Assembly (NCBI GenBank): GCA_049418765.1
Contig: JBMSJJ010000003.1
Location: forward strand, 68,921-132,920
DNA: 64,000 bases
Origin: Rickettsiales bacterium
GTDB lineage: Bacteria; Pseudomonadota; Alphaproteobacteria; Rickettsiales; UBA1997
Reading direction: 5' to 3'
Shown here: positions 29,594 to 39,571 of the stretch, one piece after another
Position numbering within the stretch: the stretch's first letter is position 1
How the letters are laid out: each line of letters begins with the position of its first letter
Made by a program: the position numbers and the translations under genes
Notes under the pieces: generated by a model
Told to the model about the DNA's origin: nothing
The model's database searches: none
Seen by the model: the letters and a program-made list of their open reading frames with translations, nothing else

Positions 29594-30715
29594 ATGAAAA
29601 CAAAAAATTTAGAAAATATCTCAAACATTTCTCAAGCAGAAATTATTGACAATATCCAATTGATTCGCTCTGAAAATATTGGTCCGATTACCTATTATAA
29701 AATTCTAGAAAAATTTGGCACTGCCAGAAATGCCATAGAAAATTTTAATGAGGTCAGCAAAATTAACAATCGCCATGTAAAATTATGCAATCGCCTCAAC
29801 GCCGAGAGAGAATTTGAGCTAACCGAAAAATTTGGCGCTAAAATCATTCTTCACAGCGACCCTAATTACCCAAAATTGCTCAAAGAAATTAGCGATGCCC
29901 CACCAATTATTTCAGTTAAGGGCGATTTAGAATTACTCAATGGCGAAAAAATCGCAGTTGTTGGACCTCGCAATGCATCGCATAATGCAATTTCATATGC
30001 CAAAAAATTTGCTTTGCTTCTTGGACAAAGTTCAATCGTTAGTGTTTCTGGAATGGCACGAGGAGTTGATACCGCAGTTCATGAAGCCTCAATTTTAAGC
30101 GGAACAATCGCAGTTTTAGCGGGCGGAATTAACAATATTTACCCACATGAAAACACCAAATTATATCATCAAATTGCCGATTGTGGTTTAGTTTTGTCTG
30201 AAATGTCTTTTGGCTTCGAACCAAAAGGTTCAAATTTTTTACAAAGAAATCGACTAATTTCTGGCTTATCTGTTGCCACCGTAATTATTGAAGCGGGTCT
30301 TCAATCTGGCAGTTTGGCAACCGCCAAACATGCAATGGAACAAAATCGCGAAGTATTTGCAGTTCCTGGCTCGCCCTTTGACCCAAGATGCCAAGGCACC
30401 AATCGCTTAATTAAAGATGGAGCAAATATTATCACTGAGGTTGAAGATATTTTAAATTCTACATCGAAAAAAAATCACCTCATGAAAAAAGCTTCAACAA
30501 TTTCCAAAATCAAAAAAGATTATAATTTTTCCAATGACGAGATTGGCGTTGCTGGCGAAGAAATCCTTAACAAATTAAACACCGAACCAACCAATATTGA
30601 TTTTCTAATTTCGCAACTGCAAATCCCCATCAACCTATTTAACACAGCGGTTATGGAGCTTGAGCTTTACAATAAGGTTGCAGTAAATTATGGCAAAATT
30701 ATGAAGCTGGTTTAG
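29594..30715 (+). CDS. dprA: DNA-processing protein DprA
   Basis: 373 aa. Rossmann-like core VVGPRNAS...SGMARGVDTAVHEA...RNRLISGLS...VIIEAGLQSGSLATA. Confidence 0.9.
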   Translation: MKTKNLENISNISQAEIIDNIQLIRSENIGPITYYKILEKFGTARNAIENFNEVSKINNRHVKLCNRLNAEREFELTEKFGAKIILHSDPNYPKLLKEISDAPPIISVKGDLELLNGEKIAVVGPRNASHNAISYAKKFALLLGQSSIVSVSGMARGVDTAVHEASILSGTIAVLAGGINNIYPHENTKLYHQIADCGLVLSEMSFGFEPKGSNFLQRNRLISGLSVATVIIEAGLQSGSLATAKHAMEQNREVFAVPGSPFDPRCQGTNRLIKDGANIITEVEDILNSTSKKNHLMKKASTISKIKKDYNFSNDEIGVAGEEILNKLNTEPTNIDFLISQLQIPINLFNTAVMELELYNKVAVNYGKIMKLV

Positions 30716-30991
30716 TTAAATTCGGTGGAATTTTTGAATTGCCGAAATTAATTTTTGATATTGATCTGGGGTTTTTACCTTATTTAAAATCCAGTCATAA
30801 ATTTCCCAATCATCTTCCTGCAAAAAATTTTCGCATAAATTTAAATCGAAATCACCTAGCTCATTTATCTTTGCCTCAAAAAAATTGCCTAATAAAAAGT
30901 CGGTTTCTTTACAACCTCGATGCAAAGAGCGATATAGGATTTTTCTGAGTTGATTAGAATTTTCGCTTGGATTTTCAAGTTTATGATTCAT
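30716..30991 (-). CDS. sdhE: succinate dehydrogenase FAD assembly factor SdhE (SDHAF2/DUF339)
   Basis: 91 aa. RKILYRSLHRGCKETD (RGxxE motif) and DWEIYDWI. Confidence 0.8.
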   Translation of the reverse strand: MNHKLENPSENSNQLRKILYRSLHRGCKETDFLLGNFFEAKINELGDFDLNLCENFLQEDDWEIYDWILNKVKTPDQYQKLISAIQKFHRI

Positions 30992-31397
30992 GATATTTTT
31001 GGATTTTATTTTGTAATTTTTCTAAAATTTTTGTAAGATTTGCCCCGCAATATTTTACACTTTCGGCATTGCCCCAGACTGGCCTTGGGAATGTTTTATC
31101 ATGGGTATTTCTGGCGATAATATGTATATGAAGTTGCGAAACTACATTACCAAGATTAGCGATATTTAGCTTGTCGCACTTAAATTCTTGTTTTAAAATT
31201 TGGGCAATAAAATTTATTTCTTTTAGCAAAATAATTTGGTCATTGAAATCTAGGTCAATAATATCTTTCAAATCAGGTTTTTTTGGCACCAAAATAATCC
31301 ATGGATAATTTGCATCATTCATTAGAAGAGCCGCCGACAAATCTAAATCGCCCAAATAAAAACTATCTTCTTGCAATTTTTTATCCAACTTAAACAT
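30981..31397 (-). CDS. HIT family hydrolase
   Basis: 138 aa. Histidine-triad region VVSQLHIHIIARN. Confidence 0.85.
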   Translation of the reverse strand: MFKLDKKLQEDSFYLGDLDLSAALLMNDANYPWIILVPKKPDLKDIIDLDFNDQIILLKEINFIAQILKQEFKCDKLNIANLGNVVSQLHIHIIARNTHDKTFPRPVWGNAESVKYCGANLTKILEKLQNKIQKYHES

Positions 31398-31481
31398 TTT
31401 TAACTTAAAAATTTTATTTGTAGAATTTAATTATAAAATTAAAATATTTTCATATTTTATATAAAATTTAATTAGTGTAAA

Positions 31482-33170
31482 GTGTTAAAATTTTTAGCAA
31501 TAAACAATATTGTTTTAATTAATAAGGCTGAAATAAATTTTCAAAAAGGTCTTAGCATTTTATCGGGCGAAACTGGATCAGGAAAATCAATTTTACTCGA
31601 CGCCATCGGTTTAATAATTGGCTTTCGCTCCAATCAAAGACTAATCGGAAACTTCGACAATAAATCCTCAGTAATTGCTGAATTTGATATTAGCGATAAC
31701 GAAAATTGCAAAAAAATTCTTGCCGAAAATTCTATAAATTTTGATGAAGAAAATAGCTTAATCATTCGCCGAAACATCGCCGAAAATCTTAATAAAATTT
31801 TTGCCAATGACACCATAATTGGAGTTAATTTGTTGGCAAAAATTGGTGAAACTCTTGTTGAAATTCATGGTCAGCATGAACAGCATGGCTTGCTAAATCA
31901 GGCAACTCATCAAAAAATATTAGATGAATTTGCAGGAAATGAAAAATTATGTCTTGATTTAAAAAAAATCTATGAAGAACTTACAAATATCGATCAAAAA
32001 ATTACTCAATATCAAGAAAGAAAAGATAAAATTCAACGCGAACAAGATTTTTTAAACCACACCATAAACGAGATAAATCAAGCCTCAATCATTGAAAATG
32101 AAGAAGAAATATTGGTTCAAAAAAAAGACCAAATTAATGCTAAAAATAAAATTAATAATTTTTTTGGTGAAGTCAAAAATAATTTAAACGAAGTTCAAAT
32201 TAACATTATTAATTGCCAAAAAATTATTTCTAGAAATCATAATTTAATTGAAAATAACCTTAGCGAATATCAAGAATCGATTAACCAAATCAGCATTAAT
32301 AACGAAGAATTTATCGAAAAATCCCAAGATGATCTAAAAAATATTGAGATTATTTTACGACAAATCAATGCCAATGAAGACTCGCTTCCAGAAATCGAAG
32401 AAAGATTATTTTTGCTTCGAAATTTAGCAAAAAAACATCAATGTCAAATTTCAGAATTAAATGAATTTGCCATAAAATGCCAAAACCAGCTAGACTTAAT
32501 CATTAATGAAGAACAATTGTCGCAAAATATTTTGCAAAACAGAATAAAATTACTTAAAGAATTTCATAAAATTGCTGAAGAATTATCACTAAAACGAAAA
32601 AAATCAGCGATTGAATTAGCAAAAAAAGTCGAAGAAGAGTTAGATTTTCTAAAAATGCAAGGCACTAAATTTTTGGTAGAAATAATTAGTTTAAAAAATG
32701 AAAATCAACAACAGGAATATTTTTTAAACGGTTTTGAAAGAGTTAAATTTAAAGCATCACTTAACAAAAACTCCTTTGATGAAATCACTAAAATCGCTTC
32801 AGGTGGAGAATTATCAAGATTTATGTTGGCACTTAAAGTTGCATTAATAAATGTAAAATCGGTTCCAACCATGATCTTTGATGAAATCGATACAGGAATT
32901 AGCGGAAGCACCTGTGACGCTGTCGGCAAAAGACTTAAATCACTGGCAACAAAATCACAAATTTTAGTAGTGACCCACCATCCACAAATCGCCAGTAAAG
33001 CCGATGTAAATTATCAAATTAGTAAAACCGAAAAAGATGGAAAAATCAACAGCTTCATCAAAATTTTAAATGCTGAAGAAAAAACCTTGGAAATCGCTAG
33101 AATGTTATCTGGAGAAGATGTGAGCAACGAAGCAATTAGCACTGCCAAAAAATTGATAAATACTAATTAA
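31482..33170 (+). CDS. recN: DNA repair protein RecN
   Basis: GTG start. SGETGSGKSILLDA Walker A, long coiled coil, SGGELSRFMLALKV signature, MIFDEIDTGISG Walker B. Confidence 0.93.
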   Translation: MLKFLAINNIVLINKAEINFQKGLSILSGETGSGKSILLDAIGLIIGFRSNQRLIGNFDNKSSVIAEFDISDNENCKKILAENSINFDEENSLIIRRNIAENLNKIFANDTIIGVNLLAKIGETLVEIHGQHEQHGLLNQATHQKILDEFAGNEKLCLDLKKIYEELTNIDQKITQYQERKDKIQREQDFLNHTINEINQASIIENEEEILVQKKDQINAKNKINNFFGEVKNNLNEVQINIINCQKIISRNHNLIENNLSEYQESINQISINNEEFIEKSQDDLKNIEIILRQINANEDSLPEIEERLFLLRNLAKKHQCQISELNEFAIKCQNQLDLIINEEQLSQNILQNRIKLLKEFHKIAEELSLKRKKSAIELAKKVEEELDFLKMQGTKFLVEIISLKNENQQQEYFLNGFERVKFKASLNKNSFDEITKIASGGELSRFMLALKVALINVKSVPTMIFDEIDTGISGSTCDAVGKRLKSLATKSQILVVTHHPQIASKADVNYQISKTEKDGKINSFIKILNAEEKTLEIARMLSGEDVSNEAISTAKKLINTN

Positions 33171-34074
33171 CAAAAGAATTTTCAGGAACATTTACACCGT
33201 ATTTTTCTGCTAAATATTTTTGCACTTTGTAGCGAAAATTATCAGACAAATTTGTGCCCAATACAATAATTTCATAATATTCAACTCCATTTGCATCGGA
33301 ACCAATATTAAAAAAACCAATATAATCTTGTCGCTTATATGGCGTTGCTGTAGAATTTTTGTAAGCAATGCCATTAGAAAAAATATTAACATTATTTTCA
33401 TTTCCAACTACGCTAATAATTTCAATTTCATTGCCACTGCCATCCTTGGCTTTAGAGGCTATATCAGCAACAACAGTTGCGGGTGCCGAAGCTCCTGTAA
33501 AAGTAATTTTAGCTTTTTTATCAACATCATATTGCAAATATAACTGGGAATTTCCAGTGCAAGTAGTGACATTTGAAGTTTGTGGACAAAATTTTAAAAT
33601 CGATTTACTAGCTGATGGCTTAACTACAGCGAATATAGTAAAACCATTTTCATCAAAAATACTTGAATAATTTATTGATTTACTTGAATCTATTGCACCC
33701 AAAGGCTTTAAACTTGGTAGAGTTGAAAAGCCTCCATCCTTATAATAAAAATTGCCAGTAAATTTAAAACCTAAATCGGAAGAAATTTGTTGATTTAAAT
33801 CATTCCAAAAAACTGGCTTATTGGCGGTGCTATTATATTCGCTCTCACCCCTTTTATTATCTTGCCATGATTCTGATGTAGAGGTTTCTAGCCATAAAAC
33901 TAAATTTGGAATTCTGATGATTTGCGAACCTTTGGTAACTGACCTTGCTGAATTTATCTTTGAATCTATTATTAAATCTATTGCCTTGGATATGCCTGCA
34001 ATCAAAATACCCACAATTAATATAACTATGGATATTTCGATCAGGCTAAAAGCTTTCTTCAAGCTTAATTTCAT
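33163..34074 (-). CDS. type IV pilin-like protein with LamG-like C-terminal domain (paralogue 2)
   Basis: N-terminus KKAFSLIEISIVILIVGILIAGISKA (prepilin cleavage/methylation-type with Glu at +5). C-terminus YEIIVLGTNLSDNFRYKVQKYLAEKYGV. Confidence 0.75.
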   Translation of the reverse strand: MKLSLKKAFSLIEISIVILIVGILIAGISKAIDLIIDSKINSARSVTKGSQIIRIPNLVLWLETSTSESWQDNKRGESEYNSTANKPVFWNDLNQQISSDLGFKFTGNFYYKDGGFSTLPSLKPLGAIDSSKSINYSSIFDENGFTIFAVVKPSASKSILKFCPQTSNVTTCTGNSQLYLQYDVDKKAKITFTGASAPATVVADIASKAKDGSGNEIEIISVVGNENNVNIFSNGIAYKNSTATPYKRQDYIGFFNIGSDANGVEYYEIIVLGTNLSDNFRYKVQKYLAEKYGVNVPENSFVN

Positions 34075-34077
34075 AAA

Positions 34078-34983
34078 CTAGGTTGCTGAAAAAGCAGTAA
34101 CTCCTCTCTTATTAGAATCAACTGGAACCGAATATTTGTCAAATAAATATTTTTCAACTTTTTGTCTCATTGAATCTTCCATGAACTCTCCAACCACAAT
34201 GATTTCATAAATTTCGGCTCCATTTTCTAAGACAAATAATCCATTAACAAAACCAACTAAAGGAGCGGCAGTGGCTGGTTTTCCAAGATTTTTACCAAAA
34301 CTAAAAATGTTTGCATTTGAACCATTAGCAGTTGCAGTAATAATATCAATTTTATCACCACCAAAATCAAAATCTGATGCAGCAGATGCAGTGGCGGTTT
34401 CATCAACAGAGCCAGTTTTAGGATAAGTCATTTTAGCTACACCTGAAGCATTAAATTCCAACAATATTTTAGAACCAGCAGCACTACAAGCTGCCACACT
34501 ACAAAAAGCAAAAAGAGGTTGGTTAGATTTTTTCTTGGCAACAACAAATATAGTATAGCCTCTACCATTTAAATCAAACAATGACGAATAAGGCACCGCA
34601 GTTGAAGGAGCAGAAATATCGGCATTTGGTCTTAAATAAGGTAAGTTAGAACCATTATTTTCAGTGTAATTAAAGCTTCCTGTAAATTTAAAACCAACTG
34701 TTGGAGGGGTTTGTGGATTTAAATCAGTGAATGTTGATGACGTATAAGCTTGAGTTCCGCGCTTATTATCGGGCCAAGAATCGACTTGACTAACATCCAA
34801 CCACAATACTAAATTTGATAATCTTGGAACAATAGATCCTCTTGCTATCGACCTAGCACTTTTAAGCCTAGAGTCTGCGAGCATATCTGCAGCCTTAGAA
34901 ATGCCGGCTATTAATAAACCGATGATTAAGATAACAATTGAAATTTCAATTAAGCTAAATGCTTTTTTTGGATAATTTTTCAT
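34078..34983 (-). CDS. type IV pilin-like protein with LamG-like C-terminal domain (paralogue 1)
   Basis: N-terminus KKAFSLIEISIVILIIGLLIAGISKA. LVLWLDVSQVDSW and C-terminal YEIIVVGEFMEDSMRQKVEKYLFDKYSV. Confidence 0.75.
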   Translation of the reverse strand: MKNYPKKAFSLIEISIVILIIGLLIAGISKAADMLADSRLKSARSIARGSIVPRLSNLVLWLDVSQVDSWPDNKRGTQAYTSSTFTDLNPQTPPTVGFKFTGSFNYTENNGSNLPYLRPNADISAPSTAVPYSSLFDLNGRGYTIFVVAKKKSNQPLFAFCSVAACSAAGSKILLEFNASGVAKMTYPKTGSVDETATASAASDFDFGGDKIDIITATANGSNANIFSFGKNLGKPATAAPLVGFVNGLFVLENGAEIYEIIVVGEFMEDSMRQKVEKYLFDKYSVPVDSNKRGVTAFSAT

Positions 34984-35242
34984 TTTTTGAAATAATTTGA
35001 TTTATGATTAATATTTTATTTTAAATTTTTTTCAATTTTTTTAAAAACTCAAATCTAATCTATTGGATTTTTTGGTTTTTGATAAACTAGGTTTTTTTTG
35101 AAACAAATTAAATTAACAATTAATTTTTTTTGAAAAATTTATCAAATCAAATTAAACTCTTGACTAAAGACATTAAATGTGGAAAAATTGGCAAAATAAA
35201 ATTAACAATCTAAATAACTCAATTAATTTCAAGGAGTCCATT

Positions 35243-35437
35243 ATGGCAGGCAAACCTAAAGCATCTAAATCTAAAAGAAATTCCATTTTATTCAAAATGG
35301 TTAGCAGTGCTGGCACTGGCTTTTATTACTTAGCAAGAAGAAACCCTAAGCAAAAAACCGAAAAAATGGTTTTCAGCAAATATGACCCAATCGTGCGCAA
35401 ACATGTTGAGTTTAAAGAGCAAAAATTATCTAGCTAA
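35243..35437 (+). CDS. rpmG: 50S ribosomal protein L33
   Basis: Start moved to the internal Met preceded by AAGGAG. SSAGTGFYYLARRNPK...KYDPIVRKHVEFKE is the L33 signature. Confidence 0.93.
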   Translation: MAGKPKASKSKRNSILFKMVSSAGTGFYYLARRNPKQKTEKMVFSKYDPIVRKHVEFKEQKLSS

Positions 35438-35489
35438 TTTTTACTAACACCACTTAAAGCTCCTCTTTTAAATTTTTTATCATAAATTT

Positions 35490-36434
35490 ATGCTTACCTC
35501 TCTATCCTCGCAAATCATAAATGTTGTTGAAAAAGCTGCAATTGCCTGTTACGACTGGATCGGCATGGGCGATAATAAATCCGCTGATAATGAAGCTGTA
35601 GTTTCAATGCGACAAAATTTAAATAAGATGGATATTGATGGCACCATCGTAATTGGCGAAGGTGAGCGCGATGAGGCTCCAATGCTTTACATTGGTGAAA
35701 AAGTTGGCAAAGGTAAAACAAAAGTTGATATTGCTCTTGACCCTCTTGAAGGAACTACCATTTGTGCTAATGCTGGAGAATCTTCATTGGCGGTAATTGC
35801 ATTTGCTGAAAATGGTGGATTTCTTCATGCCCCAGATGTTTACATGGAAAAAATCGCTGTAGGAGCTGGTCTTCCTAAAGATATAATCGACCTCGATGAT
35901 TCCGCAAAAACTAATATTCAAAATATTGCTAAAGCCAAAAAATGTAGCACCAATGAATTAACGGTAATGATACTCGACCGCCCTCGCCACGAAGAGCTTA
36001 TTGCCAAGGTTCGCGAAGCTGGAGCCAGAGTTCGTCTTATCGGTGATGGAGATGTTGCCGGAGTAATTGCCTGCACTTCAGGTCATACTAAAATCGATGC
36101 CTATATGGGAACAGGTGGTGCTCCTGAAGGAGTATTGGCTGCGGCTGCACTTAGAGTTATAGGCGGACAAATGATGGGTAGATTAGTTTTTCACAACAAC
36201 ACCAAACAAATCGAAAGAGCTAAAAAAATGGGCATCAAAGATATAAACAAAAAATATCTTGTTAAAGATATGGCTAGAGGCGATGTAATATTTGCATGCG
36301 CAGGAGTGACCGATGGCTATATGCTAAAAGGGGTAAAAAAATGTAAAGCGGAAAATAAAATTTATGTCAACTCCCTTTTGCTCGACTCATTTGCTAAAAA
36401 AGTAACTCAAACAACCTCAGAAATTTATTTGTAA
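35490..36434 (+). CDS. glpX: fructose-1,6-bisphosphatase class II
   Basis: 314 aa. GEGERDEAPMLYIGE, DPLEGTT, MGTGGAPEGVLAAAALR. Confidence 0.93.
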   Translation: MLTSLSSQIINVVEKAAIACYDWIGMGDNKSADNEAVVSMRQNLNKMDIDGTIVIGEGERDEAPMLYIGEKVGKGKTKVDIALDPLEGTTICANAGESSLAVIAFAENGGFLHAPDVYMEKIAVGAGLPKDIIDLDDSAKTNIQNIAKAKKCSTNELTVMILDRPRHEELIAKVREAGARVRLIGDGDVAGVIACTSGHTKIDAYMGTGGAPEGVLAAAALRVIGGQMMGRLVFHNNTKQIERAKKMGIKDINKKYLVKDMARGDVIFACAGVTDGYMLKGVKKCKAENKIYVNSLLLDSFAKKVTQTTSEIYL

Positions 36435-37529
36435 TGCAATTTGAAGTTAAAGAAATTTTAAATCAAATAAATGACTCGCTTGATTTAATTGCGAGGTGTC
36501 TTTGACCTTGACAAACTCAGATCTCAACTCATCAAACTAAATGATTTTTGTGCCGATGAAAATTTGTGGAATGACAAAAATCATGCCCAAAAAATTCTTA
36601 AAGAAAAATCGGTAATTGAACAAAAAATACAAAATTATGATAATTTGCTTGCTAAATTTAATGACAACAAAACCTATCTAACTCTTGCTGAAAACGAAAA
36701 TGACAGTGATTTATTTCAAGATATTTTTTTAGAAATTTCTCAACTGCAAAAGCAAATTAAAAATTTTGAAATTGAATGTTTATTTTCCGAAGAAAATGAT
36801 ATCAACAACTCCTTCCTCGACATTAATGCTGGAGCTGGCGGAACCGATTCTTGTGATTTCGCCTTAATGCTACTTAGAATGTATGAAAGATTTGCCAATC
36901 GTCATAATTTTAAAACCGACATCATCGATATTCTTGATGGCGAAGAGGCTGGCATCCGCTCTGCAACTTTAAAAATTTCTGGACATAATGCCTTTGGTTG
37001 GCTTAAAAATGAAATTGGTATTCATCGCTTGGTGCGAATTTCGCCCTTTAATTCTAACGGCAAAAGACAGACTAGCTTTGCTTCGGTCTGGGCTTATCCA
37101 GAAATTGATGATGATATTAATATCGAAATCCTTGAGAAGGATTTAAGAATCGACACTTTTCGCGCTTCTGGCGCTGGCGGTCAACATGTCAACAAAACTG
37201 ACTCGGCGGTTAGAATTACTCACTTACCAACCAATATTTCTGTTCAATGCCAAAGCGACCGCTCACAACTTCGAAATCGAGTTGAAGCCATGAAAATGTT
37301 AAAATCAAAATTATATGAAATTGAAATTAACAAAAAACAACAAGAATTGAATAATCTAGAAAATTCAAAAAGCGATAATAGCTTTGGTCATCAAATAAGA
37401 TCTTATGTTTTACATCCATATCAAATGGTCAAAGATTTGAGATCGGACTACGAAACTGGCAATATTCAGCAAGTTTTTGATGGCAATATTGATGATTTTA
37501 TTAAAGCAATGTTGGTAAAAAAATTATAA
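36434..37529 (+). CDS. prfB: peptide chain release factor 2, programmed +1 frameshift: join(36434..36502,36504..37529)
   Basis: Frame 0 runs from ATG 36434 (overlapping the glpX TAA) for 23 codons to CTT TGA at 36500-36505. The +1 frame continues DLDKLRSQL... and carries SPF (RISPFNS) and GGQ ([22 protein letters not shown]). Confidence 0.93.
36493..36506 (+). promoter_or_regulatory. RF2 autoregulatory +1 frameshift site (SD-like GAGGTG, then CTT TGA C)
   Basis: Sequence GAGGTGTCTTTGAC read directly. Same architecture as the classical prfB recoding site. Confidence 0.88.
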
Positions 37530-37532
37530 TTT

Positions 37533-38738
37533 ATGACACAAAAAATTTCTAACCTCAAACACCGCAATAAAAAGGAAAAACGCTTTGTAGCGTTGGCGGT
37601 TGGGTCAATCAGTTTTTCGATTTTGTTCTTGATATTGCTAATTTCAGCAATTTTTTACAAAGGCTATAACGGTTTTTTTGTAACTAAAATTCAATTAAAT
37701 ATTCCCCCACAAATTCTTGAACAACAAAATCCAAATTATCGAGAAATTATTAAGGATGAATTAAAAAATATTGCCCTAAAACTCAATATTACCAATAGTT
37801 TAGAGCTTAATCAAATTTATCAACTAATCAGCAAAATCAGTAATTTAGAGCTTGAGGAGCAGCACATTAAGAATCCGAAAAATGAAAAATTTTGGCTACT
37901 TGCTAGCTCAAAAATTGACAGCTATTTAAAATATAATGAAGAAAATAATTTAAGCGAATCGCAACTTAAATTTATTAATCATTTAAAAACTAATCAACTT
38001 TTAAAAACCACATTTAATATTAATTTTTTTTACCACACAGATTCTCGCCAACCTGAAATTGCTGGGATTTTTTCAAGCTTAATGGGTTCGCTTTTTATGA
38101 TGTTGGTTTTTTTGGTTTTCGCCTTTCCTATCGCTATTTTTTGTGCTTTTTATCTTGAAGAATTTGCCAAGAAAAATAAATTCACCGATTTCATAGAAAT
38201 TAGCATTAACAATCTGGCGGGCATTCCCTCCATTATTTACGGACTTTTGGGCCTGACTTTATATTTACAAATTATGCACCTACCCCGTTCCTCAACCTTA
38301 GTTGGTGGCCTTACTCTATTTATGCTAGTTCTTCCAGTTATTATCATTGCTACTCGTAATACCATTCGAACTATTCCAAGTTCAATTCGCGATGGCGCCC
38401 TTGCCATCGGCGCTTCTAAAATGCAATTAATTTGGCACCACTTATTGCCTTTGTCGATTCCAGGTATTATGACAGGAACAATTTTGGCAATCTCTAGAGC
38501 AATTGGCGAAACCGCTCCACTTTTGATGATTGGAATGGTTGCTTTCATTGCCGACGCCCCAAGTAATTTTCTCGACCCTGCATCGGCACTTTCGGTGCAA
38601 ATTTATTTATGGTCTGACCTACCAGAACAAGGCTTTGTAGAAAAGACTTCGGCGGGAATTATTGTATTAATTGGATTATTAATTTTATTAAATCTTGGAG
38701 CCATAATTTTACGCAAAAAATTTGAAAAAAAATGGTAA
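37533..38738 (+). CDS. pstA: phosphate ABC transporter permease PstA
   Basis: 401 aa. N-terminal TM helix, long periplasmic loop, then a permease core with ISRAIGETAPLLMIG (PstA-type EAA loop). Confidence 0.85.
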   Translation: MTQKISNLKHRNKKEKRFVALAVGSISFSILFLILLISAIFYKGYNGFFVTKIQLNIPPQILEQQNPNYREIIKDELKNIALKLNITNSLELNQIYQLISKISNLELEEQHIKNPKNEKFWLLASSKIDSYLKYNEENNLSESQLKFINHLKTNQLLKTTFNINFFYHTDSRQPEIAGIFSSLMGSLFMMLVFLVFAFPIAIFCAFYLEEFAKKNKFTDFIEISINNLAGIPSIIYGLLGLTLYLQIMHLPRSSTLVGGLTLFMLVLPVIIIATRNTIRTIPSSIRDGALAIGASKMQLIWHHLLPLSIPGIMTGTILAISRAIGETAPLLMIGMVAFIADAPSNFLDPASALSVQIYLWSDLPEQGFVEKTSAGIIVLIGLLILLNLGAIILRKKFEKKW

Positions 38739-39571
38739 ATTTTTCAGCCAAAGCCACAACTAAACTTCCAAAAATTATCGGCATTCTCAACATCACTCCA
38801 GATTCTTTCAGCGATAGCGGAAAATTTTATCAAGAAGAAAATGCAATCAATCATTTAGAAAAATTATTGCAAGAAGGAGCCGATATTATTGACATAGGCG
38901 CAGAATCAACTCGTCCAAATAGTCAAATTTTAAGCGCTAAAGAAGAAATTGATAGGCTAAAAAATATTTTACCAAAAATTAGCAGAAATGTCGAAGAATT
39001 TAACAAAGCTAATAAAAAAAATATAATGGTTAGTATCGACACTTATCATTACGAAACCTTAGTTTTTGCTCATCAAAATGGAGTCAATATTGCCAATGAT
39101 GTGAGTGGATTAATCGACAAAAACATCATTAAATATATTGCCAAAAATAATCTTATGGCAGTTTTAATGCATAATTTATCTATTCATGCCAATCCAAATA
39201 TCATCATTAATCGCGAATTAAATGTTTTTGACGAAATTTGCTCTTGGACCAAAGAGAAATTACAAATTTTGGAACAAGAAAATATCAAAAAATCGCAAAT
39301 AATTTTCGACCCTGGAATCGGCTTTTCTAAAAACGCCAAACAATCTTTGCGTATTATAAAAAATATTCAATCATACCAAATTTTGGGCATGAAAATAATG
39401 GTTGGACATTCCAAAAAAAGTTTTTTAGATGAATTAAAAATTCCAAAGAATCCAAATTTAAATCGCGATGAAAAAACTCTAATTCTTTCAAAATATTTGG
39501 CGAAAAAAAATGTTGATTACCTTCGACTTCATGATGTTTATGGCAATATTCAGGCTATTTTAAATCAATAA
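38732..39571 (+). CDS. folP: dihydropteroate synthase
   Basis: ILNITPDSFSDSGKF, DIGAESTRP, DPGIGFSK, GHSKKSF. Confidence 0.92.
   Translation: MVNFSAKATTKLPKIIGILNITPDSFSDSGKFYQEENAINHLEKLLQEGADIIDIGAESTRPNSQILSAKEEIDRLKNILPKISRNVEEFNKANKKNIMVSIDTYHYETLVFAHQNGVNIANDVSGLIDKNIIKYIAKNNLMAVLMHNLSIHANPNIIINRELNVFDEICSWTKEKLQILEQENIKKSQIIFDPGIGFSKNAKQSLRIIKNIQSYQILGMKIMVGHSKKSFLDELKIPKNPNLNRDEKTLILSKYLAKKNVDYLRLHDVYGNIQAILNQ

Noticed and set aside
33210-34081. Several 65-107 aa ORFs in other frames or strands within the pilin-like gene 33163..34074
   Set aside because: They overlap a gene with clear pilin N- and C-terminal signatures that are shared with its paralogue. The alternatives have no signatures.
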